Shown: piece after piece, positions 1 through 10,128 of the stretch
Numbering within the stretch: position 1 is the stretch's first letter
How the letters are laid out: every line of letters begins with the position of its first letter
Source: Planctomycetota bacterium
GTDB taxonomy: Bacteria; Planctomycetota; UBA1135; UBA2386
Direction: 5' to 3'
Assembly: GCA_016794035.1 (NCBI GenBank)
Contig: JAEUHS010000055.1
Span: forward strand, 11,351 to 75,350
DNA length: 64,000 nt
Program-made: the position numbers and the translations under genes
Notes under the pieces: model-generated
Told to the model about the DNA's origin: nothing
Databases searched by the model: none
The model's input: only the letters and a program-made list of their open reading frames with translations

Positions 1-411
1 GAAGACCTCGAGGGTCAGGTCGCCGTGACCTGCTTCGCGCGCGCCTACGCCACCATGCGTGACCGCATCGTCGAGGACGCGATCGTGTTCCTCAGCGGCC
101 GGCTGGACGCCAACAGCGAGGACAAGGCGCTGCTGCTCGACCAGATCGAACCCGCCAGCGAGGTGGTGCGGCGCGAAGTGGCCGGCGTCGTGCTGCACCT
201 GCACGGCAGCCTGGCGACCGATGCGAACCTCGCCCGCATCGACGAGGTCGTGGCACGGCACCGCGGCCAGCAGCACCTGCACCTGGACGTCGACGACGGC
301 GACAACTGCTTCCGCGTCCGCGCCGAGACCGGGGTGCGCGTCAGCGACCTGCTGCTGGACGAACTGGCGCTGCTGGTCGGCCCCGAGAACATGTCGTTCA
401 CGCGTTCGTAG
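1..411 (+). CDS. dnaE: DNA polymerase III alpha subunit, C-terminal fragment (5' end outside window)
   Basis: Frame 1 is open from base 1 to TAG at 409-411. EDLEGQVAVTCFARAYATMRDRIVEDAIVFLSGRLD resembles the C-terminal OB-fold region of DnaE. GC3 is high. Confidence 0.6.
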   Translation, partial: EDLEGQVAVTCFARAYATMRDRIVEDAIVFLSGRLDANSEDKALLLDQIEPASEVVRREVAGVVLHLHGSLATDANLARIDEVVARHRGQQHLHLDVDDGDNCFRVRAETGVRVSDLLLDELALLVGPENMSFTRS

Positions 412-420
412 CCGCCGTCG

Positions 421-440
421 CGGCAGCGCCCGCGCTGCCG
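421..440. terminator. GC-rich hairpin between convergent dnaE and rplQ (possible bidirectional terminator)
   Basis: cggcagcg-cccg-cgctgccg gives a perfect 8-bp stem with a 4-nt loop. It lies in the 36-nt gap between two convergent stop codons. No U-tract. Confidence 0.45.
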
Positions 441-447
441 ACCCGGG

Positions 448-897
448 TCACGCGCCGGCGGTGGCCTGGTCGGCGTCGACCGTCTCGGCACCCTGCTCGG
501 CGGCCTTCATCTTGCGCTCGAGCACGTCGTTCTCGACCAGCTCGAAGACGACCTTGCTGCCGCCGTCGCCGATGCGATAGTCGGCCATGCGCAGGATGCG
601 GGTGTACCCGCCGGCGCGGTTGGCGAAGCGCGGTCCGATCACGTCGAACAGCTTCTTGACCATGTCCTTGTCCTGCAGCGCCGCGACGGCCTGACGCATG
701 CGGTGCAGCCGGGTCTTCGCATCGCTGCTGCGCGCCAAGGTGATCATCTTCTCGACGAACGGACGCAGGGCCTTGGCCTTGGGCAGGGTCGTGACGACCC
801 GCTCGTGACGGATCACCGCAACGGCGAAGTTCTTGCGCAGAGCGGCACGGTGGGCCGTGTTACGCCCGAGCTTCTTTCCAGCGACATTGTGCTTCAT
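448..897 (-). CDS. rplQ: 50S ribosomal protein L17 (with acidic/Ala-rich C-terminal tail)
   Basis: MKHNVAGKKLGRNTAHRAALRKNFAVAVIRHERVVTTLPKAKALRPFVEKMITLA is a typical L17. It sits downstream of rpoA. Confidence 0.95.
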   Translation of the reverse strand: MKHNVAGKKLGRNTAHRAALRKNFAVAVIRHERVVTTLPKAKALRPFVEKMITLARSSDAKTRLHRMRQAVAALQDKDMVKKLFDVIGPRFANRAGGYTRILRMADYRIGDGGSKVVFELVENDVLERKMKAAEQGAETVDADQATAGA

Positions 898-929
898 GGC
901 TGCAGTCCTCTAGCGCCAGCAGGGCCGGC

Positions 930-1928
930 TCACTTGTAGTCTTCGACGTTCATTCCGAGCGACAGCCCGAGCGCGCTCAGCTTGCTCTTGACCTCCTTCA
1001 ACGAGGTCTTGCCGAAGTTGCGGACCTTCAGCAGTTCGGGCTCGGACAGCGCGACGAGGTCGCGCATCAGCGTGACGCTCTCGCTGTCGAGGCAGTTCTT
1101 GGCGCGCACCGACAGCTCCAGCATGTCGATGCTCTTGCTCAACAGGTCGACCATCTCGCGACGGCGCGCACCCTCGTCGCCCTCCGGCGCGAGCACGCCA
1201 CCCTCGACCGCCAGGTCCTCCTTCATGTCGAAGTACTGGACGAACGGGTTCAGGTGCTTGCGGTAGATCTTGCTGGCCTCGACCAGCCCCATCTCCGGCG
1301 AGACGGTGCCGTCGGTCCAGATGTCGAGCACCAGGCGGTCGTAGTCGGTCGACTTGCCGACGCGCGTGTTCTCGATCGCGTAGCGCACGCGGTGCACCGG
1401 GCTGAAGATCGAGTCGACCGGGATCGTGCCGATCTCCTGCTCGTCGCTGACGTTCTCCTCGGCGGTCACGTAGCCACGGCCCTTGCGGACCTGCATCTCG
1501 CAGTAGAAACGCACGTCTTCGGTCAGCGTGCAGATCTTCAGCTCGGGGTTGGCGATCTCGACGTTGTGGTCGCCCTCGATCTTCTCGGCGCGCACCTCAC
1601 CCTTCTGGTTGACGTCGATGCGCAGCGTCGTCGGCGCGTCGGTGTGCAGCTTGACGCGCAGCTTCTTGATGTTCAGCACGATCTGCGTGACGTCCTCGAG
1701 GATGCCCTGGATCGTCGAGAACTCGTGCACGACGCCGTCGATGCGCACCCACGTGACCGCGGTGCCCTCGATCGACGACAGCAGCACGCGCCGCAGCCCG
1801 TTGCCGATCGTCGCGCCGAAGCCCTTCTCGAACGGCTCGACGACGAAACGACCGAACTGCGGGGTCGCGGTGTCCCGGTCCATGCGGACCTGAGAAGGCA
1901 ACTCGAAGTTACGCCAGCGGATACGCAT
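930..1928 (-). CDS. rpoA: DNA-directed RNA polymerase alpha subunit
   Basis: 332 aa. FGRFVVEPFEKGFGATIGNGLRRVLLSSIEG forms the N-terminal domain, and the C-terminal domain carries LELSVRAKNCL. Canonical rpsD-rpoA-rplQ order. Confidence 0.97.
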   Translation of the reverse strand: MRIRWRNFELPSQVRMDRDTATPQFGRFVVEPFEKGFGATIGNGLRRVLLSSIEGTAVTWVRIDGVVHEFSTIQGILEDVTQIVLNIKKLRVKLHTDAPTTLRIDVNQKGEVRAEKIEGDHNVEIANPELKICTLTEDVRFYCEMQVRKGRGYVTAEENVSDEQEIGTIPVDSIFSPVHRVRYAIENTRVGKSTDYDRLVLDIWTDGTVSPEMGLVEASKIYRKHLNPFVQYFDMKEDLAVEGGVLAPEGDEGARRREMVDLLSKSIDMLELSVRAKNCLDSESVTLMRDLVALSEPELLKVRNFGKTSLKEVKSKLSALGLSLGMNVEDYK

Positions 1929-1979
1929 CTTGGATTCTCCTGACTCTGTGGGTCGGCCGACCAGCTGTGCGGCGACCTG

Positions 1980-2603
1980 TTACTTCGAGCACAGCTCGAT
2001 GATGAGCTGCTCGTTGATCTCGACACTGACGTCCTCGCGCTTGGGCAACTGGATCACCTTGCCCTTCAGCTCGGTCGGCACGGCCTCCAGCCACGCCGGC
2101 AACGGACGGCCCTTGTTCATCTCGATGGCGTCGCCGGCCTTCTTCTTCATCTTGTCGTCGCCCTTGACCTCGATGGTGTCGTTCGGACGCACGAGGTAGC
2201 CGGCGATGTCGACGCGCTTGCCGTTCACGTGGACGTGTCCGTGCGCGACCATCTGCCGCGCGTCGAAGCGCGAGAAGGCCAGGCCGAGGCTCAGCACGAC
2301 GTTGTCGAGGCGCCGCTCCATCAGCACCAGCAGGTTCTCGCCGGTGTTGCCCTTCTGCCGCATCGCGATCGTGAAGTAGTGCTGGAACTGCCGCTCGAGC
2401 ACGCCATAGATGCGCTTGCACTTCTGCTTCTCGCGCAGCTGGGTGCCGTAGTCCGTGCCCTTCTTGGGACGCACATGCTGACCCGGCGGATAGTTGCGCC
2501 GGTTGACGCCACACTTCTCCGAGAAGCACCGCTGTCCCTTCAGGAACAGCTTGACGCCTTCGCGGCGGCAGAGCTTGCAGACGTTGTTGCTGTTGCGGGC
2601 CAT
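1980..2603 (-). CDS. rpsD: 30S ribosomal protein S4
   Basis: MARNSNNVCKLCRREGVKLFLKGQRCFSEKC is the S4 zinc-ribbon N-terminus; an S4 RNA-binding domain follows. Confidence 0.96.
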   Translation of the reverse strand: MARNSNNVCKLCRREGVKLFLKGQRCFSEKCGVNRRNYPPGQHVRPKKGTDYGTQLREKQKCKRIYGVLERQFQHYFTIAMRQKGNTGENLLVLMERRLDNVVLSLGLAFSRFDARQMVAHGHVHVNGKRVDIAGYLVRPNDTIEVKGDDKMKKKAGDAIEMNKGRPLPAWLEAVPTELKGKVIQLPKREDVSVEINEQLIIELCSK

Positions 2604-2656
2604 TTCAGTCCAGATTGAGTTCGAGCTTCAGGTGTGTGCGGTGCGGCAGGGGCCGA

Positions 2657-3055
2657 TCAGACGCGACGACGCTTGCGCGAGCGACAGCCGTTGTGCGGCA
2701 GCGGGGTGATGTCCTCGATCGACTTCACCTCGATGCCCGAGTTCGACAGGGCGCGCACCGCCGACTCGCGTCCCGAACCGGGGCCGCGCACCAGGACTTC
2801 GAGTTCGTGCACGCCCATCTTCTTGATCTTGTCGGCCACCTTCTCGGCGGCGCGCTGGGCGGCGAACGGCGTGCTCTTGCGCGAGCCCTTGTAGCCGATG
2901 GTGCCGGCCGAGTCCCACGCCAGCACCTGGCCGGCGCTGTCGACGATCGTGATGATGGTGTTGTTGAACGACGCCTTCACGTGCGCGACCGCCTTGCCGA
3001 CGTTCTTGCGCACGCGCGCCTTGCGTTTCTCGCCCGATGATTGGGTGCTGCTCAT
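2657..3055 (-). CDS. rpsK: 30S ribosomal protein S11
   Basis: [32 protein letters not shown]...[17 protein letters not shown] matches S11. Confidence 0.96.
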   Translation of the reverse strand: MSSTQSSGEKRKARVRKNVGKAVAHVKASFNNTIITIVDSAGQVLAWDSAGTIGYKGSRKSTPFAAQRAAEKVADKIKKMGVHELEVLVRGPGSGRESAVRALSNSGIEVKSIEDITPLPHNGCRSRKRRRV

Positions 3056-3056
3056 C

Positions 3057-3434
3057 TCACTTCCTCAGGATCTTCTTGTTGGCGACCGTCTTGCGCGGAC
3101 CCTTGCGGCCGCGGGCGTTGCTGCGCGTGCGCTGTCCCCGCACCGGCAGACCACGGCGATGCCGCAGACCGCGGTAGCAGTAGATCTCCTTCAACCGGTT
3201 GATGTTCTGCAGCGTCTGGCGACGCAGGGCACCCTCGACCGGGAAGTTCTTCTCGAGATAGCTCGCGATGTTGGCGACCTCGTCGTCCTTCAGGTCCTTG
3301 GCGCGCACGCCGGCGTCGATCGCCAGCTCCTTGAGGACCTTGCGCGCGAGCGCCGGGCCGACGCCGTAGATGTACTGAAGCGCGATCTCGATGCGCTTCT
3401 CGTTGGGGATGTCGACGCCGAGTAGACGGGGCAT
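3057..3434 (-). CDS. rpsM: 30S ribosomal protein S13
   Basis: [34 protein letters not shown] matches S13. Confidence 0.96.
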   Translation of the reverse strand: MPRLLGVDIPNEKRIEIALQYIYGVGPALARKVLKELAIDAGVRAKDLKDDEVANIASYLEKNFPVEGALRRQTLQNINRLKEIYCYRGLRHRRGLPVRGQRTRSNARGRKGPRKTVANKKILRK

Positions 3435-3494
3435 GTTGGTTGCTGCCTTGCTGGATGCGACGGTGCTGGTTGCGGCGGTGCGGGGTTGCTGCCG

Positions 3495-3611
3495 TTACTT
3501 GCCCTGGCGCTGCTTGTGCCGGGGATTGGTGCAGATGACGCGAACGATGCCGCGCCGTCTCACGACCTTGCAGTGCTCGCAGATGCGGCGGACGCTGGCT
3601 CGGACCTTCAC
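3495..3611 (-). CDS. rpmJ: 50S ribosomal protein L36 (GTG start; missing from the ORF track)
   Basis: Hand translation of the minus strand from GTG at 3611 gives (M)[37 protein letters not shown], then TAA at 3497-3495. Position between infA and rpsM is canonical. Confidence 0.9.
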   Translation of the reverse strand: MKVRASVRRICEHCKVVRRRGIVRVICTNPRHKQRQGK

Positions 3612-3624
3612 GACAGTTCTCCGT

Positions 3625-3936
3625 TCAACAGGTTTCGGTGCGGGAATGGGCGGTGGGAGACGGCTGATCGCTGTGATGCGGTGACTTGATCAGGCGACAG
3701 ATGCGGGCGCGACCTGGATCGAAGGGCGACAGCTCCACGAGCACCGGGTCTCCCGGCAGCAGGCGCGTGAACGCCTTCCTGAGCTCGAGGGCGGCGTGTG
3801 CCACCACCTCGCGACCGTCTGTCAGCTGCAGTCGGAACAAGCCGTTCGCCAGACTGCCGACCACCTTGGCCCGGAGACCTTCGGCTGGACGGCCACCCAT
3901 CGGGTGATCGGCGGGCTGTTCGGGCTGGTTCGTCAT
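3625..3936 (-). CDS. infA: Translation initiation factor IF-1 (with N- and C-terminal extensions)
   Basis: The S1-like core is [64 protein letters not shown] at 3936 overlaps the adk stop (ATGA). The internal Met (MGGRP) is an alternative start. Confidence 0.85.
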   Translation of the reverse strand: MTNQPEQPADHPMGGRPAEGLRAKVVGSLANGLFRLQLTDGREVVAHAALELRKAFTRLLPGDPVLVELSPFDPGRARICRLIKSPHHSDQPSPTAHSRTETC

Positions 3937-4595
3937 TGCATCAGCTTCAGCAACTCCTTGTAGACGACATCGGGAGACCGATTCGCATCGATCTCCCGCA
4001 GGATCCGGCGGTCGCGGTAGTACGCCAGCAGGGGCGACGTCTGCGACCGATAGACTTCGAGACGCTTGCCGATCGCCTCGGGGCGATCGTCGGAGCGCTG
4101 CACCAGTGCGCCACCACACTGATCGCAGATGCCGGGGGTCTTCGTCGGCTGGTGTTCGACGTGCCAGATGGCACCACACTTCGAACAGGTCCGGCGGCCC
4201 GAGAGACGTCCGATCAGGACGGACTCCGGGACGGCAAAGTAGATCACGTGCGACAGCGCGGCCGAACCCGACAGGTTCCTGTCGAGCGCTTCGGCCTGCG
4301 GCAGTGTACGGGGGAAGCCATCGAGGATCCAGGCAGACCTCGCGTCGGGCTGCTGGATGCGGGCGCGGACCATGCCGATGATCACCTCGTCGGGGACCAG
4401 CTTGCCGGCATCCATGAAGGTCTTGGCCTCCAGGCCCAGCGGCGTGCCGGCAGAGACCTCCTGCCGCAGCATGTCGCCGGTGGAGATGTGGGCGACCGAG
4501 GCGGCTTCGGCGACCCGCTTGGCCTGCGTGCCCTTGCCGGCGCCTGGCGCCCCCAGGAACACGCAGCGTGCCTGCAATGAAACCGCCGTGGCCAT
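3933..4595 (-). CDS. adk: Adenylate kinase (Zn-lid type)
   Basis: P-loop FLGAPGAGKGTQA and a lid with CSKCG...CDQCGG. ATG at 4595 overlaps the secY stop by 1 nt. The ORF-track extension to 5336 is antisense/out of frame to secY and is rejected. Confidence 0.93.
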   Translation of the reverse strand: MATAVSLQARCVFLGAPGAGKGTQAKRVAEAASVAHISTGDMLRQEVSAGTPLGLEAKTFMDAGKLVPDEVIIGMVRARIQQPDARSAWILDGFPRTLPQAEALDRNLSGSAALSHVIYFAVPESVLIGRLSGRRTCSKCGAIWHVEHQPTKTPGICDQCGGALVQRSDDRPEAIGKRLEVYRSQTSPLLAYYRDRRILREIDANRSPDVVYKELLKLMQ

Positions 4596-5980
4596 CAGCT
4601 GGATCGGCGGCCCCAACCGCTGCCGGCGGACGCACCTTGTCCGACCCCACGACCCGCGCCGCCGGGGCCCGGATGGCCTTCCTCGAGGAAGCCCTCGTAG
4701 TTGCGCATGACCAGCATCGCGTTGAGCTTCTCGACCATGTCGAGAGCCACGCTCACGACGATGAGGATCGACGTGCCGGACATGAAGTAGATCAGGACCT
4801 GGTCCATGCCGCCGCCCCGGCTGGCGCCGAACAGCGTCGGCAGCACCGCGACGACCGCGAGGAAGGCGGCGCCGGCCAGCGTGATGCGGACCATCGTCTG
4901 CTCGAGGAACTGGGCCGTCGGCTTGCCGGGACGGATGCCCGGGATGAACGAACCGCCTTCCTTGAGGTTGGTGGCGATCTCGTTGGGCTGGAACATCATC
5001 GACGTCCAGAAGAACGAGAAGAAGAAGATCAGCACCGTGTAGCTGAGCACGAACCAGAAGCCGTGCTGGCCGCCGAACGCGGTCTCGAGCCAGGTCAGGC
5101 CGAGCGCCTTGCCCACCATCGCCGGGATCACCAGCAACGCCGAGCCGAAGATGATCGGCATGACGCCCGCCTGGTTGACCTTGAACGGCAGGAAGTGCCG
5201 CTGGCCGCCGTAGACGCGCCGACCGCGCGTGTGCTTCGCCTGCTGGATCGGGATGCGCCGCTGCGCCTTCGTCATGTAGACGACCGCGACGACCGCCACT
5301 CCCCAGGCGCCCAGGAACAGCAGCAGGCTCTGCCACGCGTCCCGGTCCATGCCGTATTGGAAGTAGGTGCCGAGCGACGGGTAGAGGTTCGAGACGATGC
5401 CCGCCATGATGATCAGCGAGATGCCGTTGCCGATCCCGTGCTCGGTGATCTGCTCACCGAGCCACATCACGAACATCGTGCCGGCGGTCAGCGCGACCAT
5501 GACGACGATGCAGTAGAGGCCGAACCACTCGCGCACGCCGGCCTGCAGCAACTTGCTGCCATCGGCGCCCAACGGCCCGAAGATCACGAACCAGGACTGG
5601 ATCAGGCAGATGCCGACCGTCGCCAGACGCGTGTACTGATTGATCTTGCGCTGGCCGCTCGCGCCTTCCTTGGCGATCTTCTCCAGCGCCGGCACCGCCT
5701 TCGTCAGCAGGCTGAAGATGATGCTCGCCGAGATGTACGGCATCACGCCGAGCGAGAACAGCGTCGCGCTGTGCAGCGAGCCGCCGGTCAGCACGTTCAT
5801 CATGCCGAAGATCTGACCGATGCCCCCCAGGTTCTTGGTCTGACGCAGCGCCTCGGCGGTGTTCACGCCCGGCAGCGGGATGAAGAAGCCGATGCGGTAC
5901 ACCAACAGCAGACCCAGCGTGATCAGGATCTTGTTCCTGATCTCGGGGATCTTGAACAGGTTGCCGAAGGACAGGTTCAT
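4595..5980 (-). CDS. secY: Preprotein translocase subunit SecY (Gly-rich C-terminal tail)
   Basis: 461 aa and multi-TM. N-terminus is FKIPEIRNKILITLGLLLVYRIGFFIPLPGV. Canonical rplO-secY-adk order. Confidence 0.96.
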   Translation of the reverse strand: MNLSFGNLFKIPEIRNKILITLGLLLVYRIGFFIPLPGVNTAEALRQTKNLGGIGQIFGMMNVLTGGSLHSATLFSLGVMPYISASIIFSLLTKAVPALEKIAKEGASGQRKINQYTRLATVGICLIQSWFVIFGPLGADGSKLLQAGVREWFGLYCIVVMVALTAGTMFVMWLGEQITEHGIGNGISLIIMAGIVSNLYPSLGTYFQYGMDRDAWQSLLLFLGAWGVAVVAVVYMTKAQRRIPIQQAKHTRGRRVYGGQRHFLPFKVNQAGVMPIIFGSALLVIPAMVGKALGLTWLETAFGGQHGFWFVLSYTVLIFFFSFFWTSMMFQPNEIATNLKEGGSFIPGIRPGKPTAQFLEQTMVRITLAGAAFLAVVAVLPTLFGASRGGGMDQVLIYFMSGTSILIVVSVALDMVEKLNAMLVMRNYEGFLEEGHPGPGGAGRGVGQGASAGSGWGRRSS

Positions 5981-5995
5981 GGGATGGTGCGGCGA

Positions 5996-6520
5996 TCAGC
6001 GGCGGCGGGGCGAGCCAGGCGTACGCTTGGTGCCGTCCTTGGCGACGAACTTCGGCCGCCGCGGCTTCGCCTCGATCACCTGGACCTGGCCGCCCGCCTT
6101 CTCGACCTTGGCGCGGGCCGTGCTCGTGATGGCGTCGACCTTGACCGTCACGGCCTTGGTGAGTTCGCCGTTGCCGAGCAGCTTGAACAGCTCCGAGTGC
6201 TTCTCCTTCGAGGTCAGGCCCCTGGCCAGCACGGCCTGCAGGTCGACGACCGCGCCCGCCTCGAAGGCGTCGAGATCGCTGACGTTGACGATCGTGTAGA
6301 CCTTCTCGAAGTTCTTGTTGTTGAAGCCGCGCTTCGGCAACCGGCGATAGAGCGGCATCTGGCCACCTTCCCAGCCGATGCGGCTCGACCAGCCCGAGCG
6401 CGCCTTCGCACCCTTGTGGCCGCGGCCCGAGGTCTTGCCGAGACCGGAACCGACGCCGCGGCCGACCCGCTTGCGCTCGGGGAACTTGAGGCCGAGGGCC
6501 TTTGCTTCGGCGAGATTCAT
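5996..6520 (-). CDS. rplO: 50S ribosomal protein L15
   Basis: RKRVGRGVGSGLGKTSGRGHKGAKARSG matches L15. Overlaps the rpsE stop by 4 nt. Confidence 0.95.
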   Translation of the reverse strand: MNLAEAKALGLKFPERKRVGRGVGSGLGKTSGRGHKGAKARSGWSSRIGWEGGQMPLYRRLPKRGFNNKNFEKVYTIVNVSDLDAFEAGAVVDLQAVLARGLTSKEKHSELFKLLGNGELTKAVTVKVDAITSTARAKVEKAGGQVQVIEAKPRRPKFVAKDGTKRTPGSPRRR

Positions 6521-7029
6521 TCGAGAGTCACTCCCCGCAGCGCGGCCGTGTCCTCACGGCTGCGCAGCTTGCTGAGGGCCATCATGGTCGCCTTGACGAC
6601 GTTCAGAGCGTTCGTCGAGCCGTAGTTCTTGGTCAGGATGTCGGTGATGCCCGCGCGCTCCAGCACCTTGCGCACCGCCTTGCCGGCGATGATGCCGGTG
6701 CCCGGCGCGGCCGGCAGCAGGCGAACCTTGGTCGCGCAGTAGATGCCCTCGGTCGCGTGCGGGATCGTCGTGCCCTGGCGAACGACGCGCATGATCTGCT
6801 TGCGCGCGTCCTTGACCGACTTCTCGATCGCACCGGGGACTTCTCGACCCTTGCCATAGCCGATGCCGACCAGGCCGTTGCGGTTGCCGACGACGCTCAG
6901 CGCGCTGAACGAGAAGCGACGGCCGCCCTTGACCACCGCTGCGGAGCGGTTGATCGCGACGACGTCGTCCTCGACGTCAGCCGACAGGGCTTCGTCGATC
7001 GGAACCAGTTGATACTTGCCTTTCGCCAT
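6517..7029 (-). CDS. rpsE: 30S ribosomal protein S5
   Basis: VVAINRSAAVVKGGRRFSFSALSVVGNRNGLVGIGYGKGREVPGAIEKS matches S5. No L30 gene lies between S5 and L15. Confidence 0.96.
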   Translation of the reverse strand: MAKGKYQLVPIDEALSADVEDDVVAINRSAAVVKGGRRFSFSALSVVGNRNGLVGIGYGKGREVPGAIEKSVKDARKQIMRVVRQGTTIPHATEGIYCATKVRLLPAAPGTGIIAGKAVRKVLERAGITDILTKNYGSTNALNVVKATMMALSKLRSREDTAALRGVTLE

Positions 7030-7056
7030 TGCTAGGAATCCTGTCAGTCGAATCGG

Positions 7057-7425
7057 TCAGAACTCGAGGCCGGCCTCACGCGCGGCATCCGCCAACGCCT
7101 TGACGCGACCGTGGTACTTGTAGGCGCCGCGATCGAAGGCGACCTTGACGAGGCCGGCGCGCTTGGCGCGCTCGGCGACCAGGGAGCCGACCTTCTTCGC
7201 CACGTCGGTCTTGCGCAGGCCCTGGATGCCGCCGCGCACCTCCTTCTCGAGCGACGACGCCGAGACGAGCGTGTGCCCACGCAGGTCGTCGATGATCTGC
7301 GCCGAGATGTTCGCGAGGCTGCGGTGGACCGAGAGCCGGGGCCGGGTGGTGACCTGGCGCAGGCGCTTGCGGATCGAGGCCGACTTGCCGCGGCGCTTCT
7401 GATGCTTTTGGAACGTGGAGCTCAT
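7057..7425 (-). CDS. rplR: 50S ribosomal protein L18
   Basis: [29 protein letters not shown]...[26 protein letters not shown] matches L18. Start chosen at MSSTF (ATG at 7425). Confidence 0.93.
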   Translation of the reverse strand: MSSTFQKHQKRRGKSASIRKRLRQVTTRPRLSVHRSLANISAQIIDDLRGHTLVSASSLEKEVRGGIQGLRKTDVAKKVGSLVAERAKRAGLVKVAFDRGAYKYHGRVKALADAAREAGLEF

Positions 7426-7482
7426 GCTGTCTTCCTCCGGTCGCGGCGCCCGTGATCCGGACTGCCGCACACCGAATCATTG

Positions 7483-8034
7483 TTACCCACCGCCACCCGA
7501 AGCGAACGCCTTGCCGGCCTTCCGCTTGATGACCTCGTCGCTGTACTTGATGCCCTTGCCCTTGTAGGGCTCCGGCTTGCGCAGCTTGCGGATCGAGGCC
7601 GCGACGGCGCCGACCTGCTGGTTGTCGATGCCCTTGACCAGCAGGGTCGTCGGGTTCGGCACCTCGATGGTGACGCTCGCCGGCACCGCGAACCGCACCG
7701 GCCGGTTGAAGCCGAGCTTCAGCACCAGCGTCTTGCCCTGCAGCGCGGCCTCGTAGCCGACGCCGGCGATCTCGAGCTTGCGCTCGTAGCCCTTGGAGAC
7801 GCCTTCGATCATGTTGGCGATCAGGGCACGGGTCGTGCCCTGCATCGCACGTGACTTGCGTTCCTCGCTGGCGGCGATCACGGTCAGCGTGGCGCCCTCG
7901 AGCTGCACCTTCACACCGGGCCGGTTGGTGAGCTTGAGTTCACCCTTCTGACCCTTGACGGCGACGGCGCCCTTGTCGACCTGCACGGTCACGCCCTTGG
8001 GCACCACGATTGGTTTCTTGCCGATTCTCGACAT
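7483..8034 (-). CDS. rplF: 50S ribosomal protein L6
   Basis: MSRIGKKPIVVPKGVTVQV...PEPYKGKGIKY matches L6. Confidence 0.96.
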   Translation of the reverse strand: MSRIGKKPIVVPKGVTVQVDKGAVAVKGQKGELKLTNRPGVKVQLEGATLTVIAASEERKSRAMQGTTRALIANMIEGVSKGYERKLEIAGVGYEAALQGKTLVLKLGFNRPVRFAVPASVTIEVPNPTTLLVKGIDNQQVGAVAASIRKLRKPEPYKGKGIKYSDEVIKRKAGKAFASGGGG

Positions 8035-8094
8035 TGCAGTTTCTCGGTCGTGTTCTCAGTCGCCGGTTGGATTCGGGATCAGCCTGATTCGGGA

Positions 8095-8490
8095 TCAGTC
8101 GATCGTGCAGAGCACTTCGCCACCGACACGGCGCTCGCGGCATTCGCGATCGGAAAGCACGCCCTGGTTGGTCGAGACGACGGCGATGCCGAGGCCACCG
8201 CGCACCTTCGGCAGGTCGCCACAGCCGCGGTAGCGACGGCAACCGGGCTTGCTGTAGCGCGCCAGCGACGTGATCACCTTCTCGCCGTCCGGCCCGAACC
8301 GGAAATCGACGCGGATGGCGGAACGCACGCCCTCGCTGGCGACCTGGTAGGAGTCGAGGAAACCCTCACGCTTCATCGCGTCGAGGATCGCCACCTTGAG
8401 ACGGCTGCCCGGAATCACGCAATGGCGCGCACCGCTCATCAGTGCGTTGCGCATCCGCGTCAGCATGTCAGCAATCGGATCGGTCATCAT
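8095..8490 (-). CDS. rpsH: 30S ribosomal protein S8
   Basis: MMTDPIADMLTRMRNALMSGARHCVIPGSRLKVAILDAMKREGFL matches S8. Start checked at ATG 8490. Confidence 0.95.
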   Translation of the reverse strand: MMTDPIADMLTRMRNALMSGARHCVIPGSRLKVAILDAMKREGFLDSYQVASEGVRSAIRVDFRFGPDGEKVITSLARYSKPGCRRYRGCGDLPKVRGGLGIAVVSTNQGVLSDRECRERRVGGEVLCTID

Positions 8491-8503
8491 GGCTCTGGAT
8501 CTC

Positions 8504-8689
8504 CTACCACGAAGCCTTGCGCACGCCGGGGATCTCCCCCTGCAGTGCGAGTGAACGGAAGCAGCATCGGCAGATGCCGAACTTGCGGTAGTAGGCCCGG
8601 GCCCGCCCACAGAGTTGACAGCGGTTGTAGCGCCGAGACGAGAACTTCGGCTTCTGCTGCTGTTTGACCCTCAAACACTTCTTGGCCAT
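8504..8689 (-). CDS. rpsN: 30S ribosomal protein S14, short zinc-binding type
   Basis: 61 aa ending [39 protein letters not shown], with a C-x2-C...C-x2-C pattern. Confidence 0.95.
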   Translation of the reverse strand: MAKKCLRVKQQQKPKFSSRRYNRCQLCGRARAYYRKFGICRCCFRSLALQGEIPGVRKASW

Positions 8690-8742
8690 GGTTGATCAGT
8701 ACCCGTGAGCGGGTGAGTCGGTTCTGTGGAGTGGTGTGGGGT

Positions 8743-9309
8743 TCACTTGCGGAATGGCAAGCCGAGGTGCGTCAACAGCGCCAGTCCTTCCTTGTCGGTC
8801 GGCGCCGTGGTGACGAAGGTGATGTCCATGCCCTGCACGAACTCGACCTTGTCGAGCTGGATCTCGGGGAACACGCTCTGCTCCGAGAGGCCCATCGTGT
8901 AGTTGCCGCGGCCGTCGAGCTTGGTCGGCAGGCCACGGAAGTCGCGGATGCGGGGCACGGCGAGGGAGACCAACCGGTCGAGGAACTCCCACATGCGCGC
9001 GCCGCGCAGCGTGACGGCGACGCCGATCGCGTAGCCCTCGCGCAGCTTGAAGCCCGACACGGCGCCGCGCGCCTTGCGGACCAGCGGCCGCTGGCCGGTG
9101 ATCGCCGTCAGGTCCTTGGTCGCCGCTTCCATGCGGTTCTTGTTCTCGACGGCCTTGCCGACGCCCATGTTGACGACGATCTTCGTCAGCCGGGGCACCA
9201 TCATCGGGTTCGGGTAGCCGAACTCCTTGGTCAACGCCGGCGCGACCTTCTCGCGATAGGTCTGCAGCCGCCGCGGCAGCGTCTTCGGGGTCTTGGTGGT
9301 CGTGGTCAT
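8743..9309 (-). CDS. rplE: 50S ribosomal protein L5
   Basis: NPMMVPRLTKIVVNMGVGKAVENKNRMEAATKDLTAITGQRPLVRKAR matches L5. Confidence 0.96.
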   Translation of the reverse strand: MTTTTKTPKTLPRRLQTYREKVAPALTKEFGYPNPMMVPRLTKIVVNMGVGKAVENKNRMEAATKDLTAITGQRPLVRKARGAVSGFKLREGYAIGVAVTLRGARMWEFLDRLVSLAVPRIRDFRGLPTKLDGRGNYTMGLSEQSVFPEIQLDKVEFVQGMDITFVTTAPTDKEGLALLTHLGLPFRK

Positions 9310-9344
9310 GGTCGCTTGGACTGTGGAATGGCGTCGGGGGCAGC

Positions 9345-9692
9345 TCAGTCGAACTGGGTGCCGCAGGACACGCCGACGCGGCGCTTCTTGCCGTCGACGA
9401 TCTGGATCTTGGTGCGCGTGCCCTTGCCGAGCTTCTCGCTGAACAGCAGCACGTTGCTGCAGTCGATCGGCATCTCGAGCTGCACGCGGCCGCCCTTGGG
9501 GTTCTGCTGGGAGCGCTTCTGGTGCTTCCAGCGCAGGTTGACGCCCTGCACGATCACGCGGCCCTTCTCGGCGTCGACGCGCAGCACTTCGTGCGGCTCG
9601 TTCGACTTGTACTGGCCGGCGGTGACGACGACCTTGTCGCCCTTCTTGACGTGCAGGTGACGGCGACGGGGCTTTGGCTTGTTGGCGAGCAT
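9345..9692 (-). CDS. rplX: 50S ribosomal protein L24
   Basis: KOW motif VKKGDKVVVTAGQYKSNEPHEVLRV. Lies between L14 and L5. Confidence 0.93.
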   Translation of the reverse strand: MLANKPKPRRRHLHVKKGDKVVVTAGQYKSNEPHEVLRVDAEKGRVIVQGVNLRWKHQKRSQQNPKGGRVQLEMPIDCSNVLLFSEKLGKGTRTKIQIVDGKKRRVGVSCGTQFD

Positions 9693-10060
9693 CAGACGAC
9701 CTCCTCCGCCAGCGAGACGATCTTCATGAAGTTGCGGTCACGCAACTCGCGCGCGACGGCGCCGAAGATACGGGTGCCGCGCGGGTTGCCTTCCTTGTCG
9801 ATCACGACGAGCGCGTTGCGATCGAACTTGATGTAGGAGCCGTCGGAACGGCGCACGGGCTTCGCGGTGCGCACGACGACGCCCTTGACGACCTCGTGCT
9901 CCTTCACCTCGCCGGTGGGCAGCGCCTTCTTGACGACGGCGATGACGACGTCGCCGACCGACGCATAGCGGCGGCCGCTGCCACCCAGGACCTTCACACA
10001 CATGGCGCGCTTGGCGCCGGTGTTGTCGGCCACGTCCAGCATCGACATTTCTTGGATCAT
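9692..10060 (-). CDS. rplN: 50S ribosomal protein L14
   Basis: [46 protein letters not shown] matches L14. Confidence 0.97.
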   Translation of the reverse strand: MIQEMSMLDVADNTGAKRAMCVKVLGGSGRRYASVGDVVIAVVKKALPTGEVKEHEVVKGVVVRTAKPVRRSDGSYIKFDRNALVVIDKEGNPRGTRIFGAVARELRDRNFMKIVSLAEEVV

Positions 10061-10128
10061 CGGAGTTCTCTTGGCTCAGCAGTCGGTCGGTATCACCACG
10101 TCGGCCCCGGCAACCGGGCGCCAGCCCT

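Noticed and set aside
4568-6625. 685-aa plus-strand ORF overlapping secY and rplO
   Set aside because: It is antisense to two strongly conserved genes and its product is Arg/Ala/Asp/His-rich low complexity. This is a typical shadow ORF of a high-GC genome.
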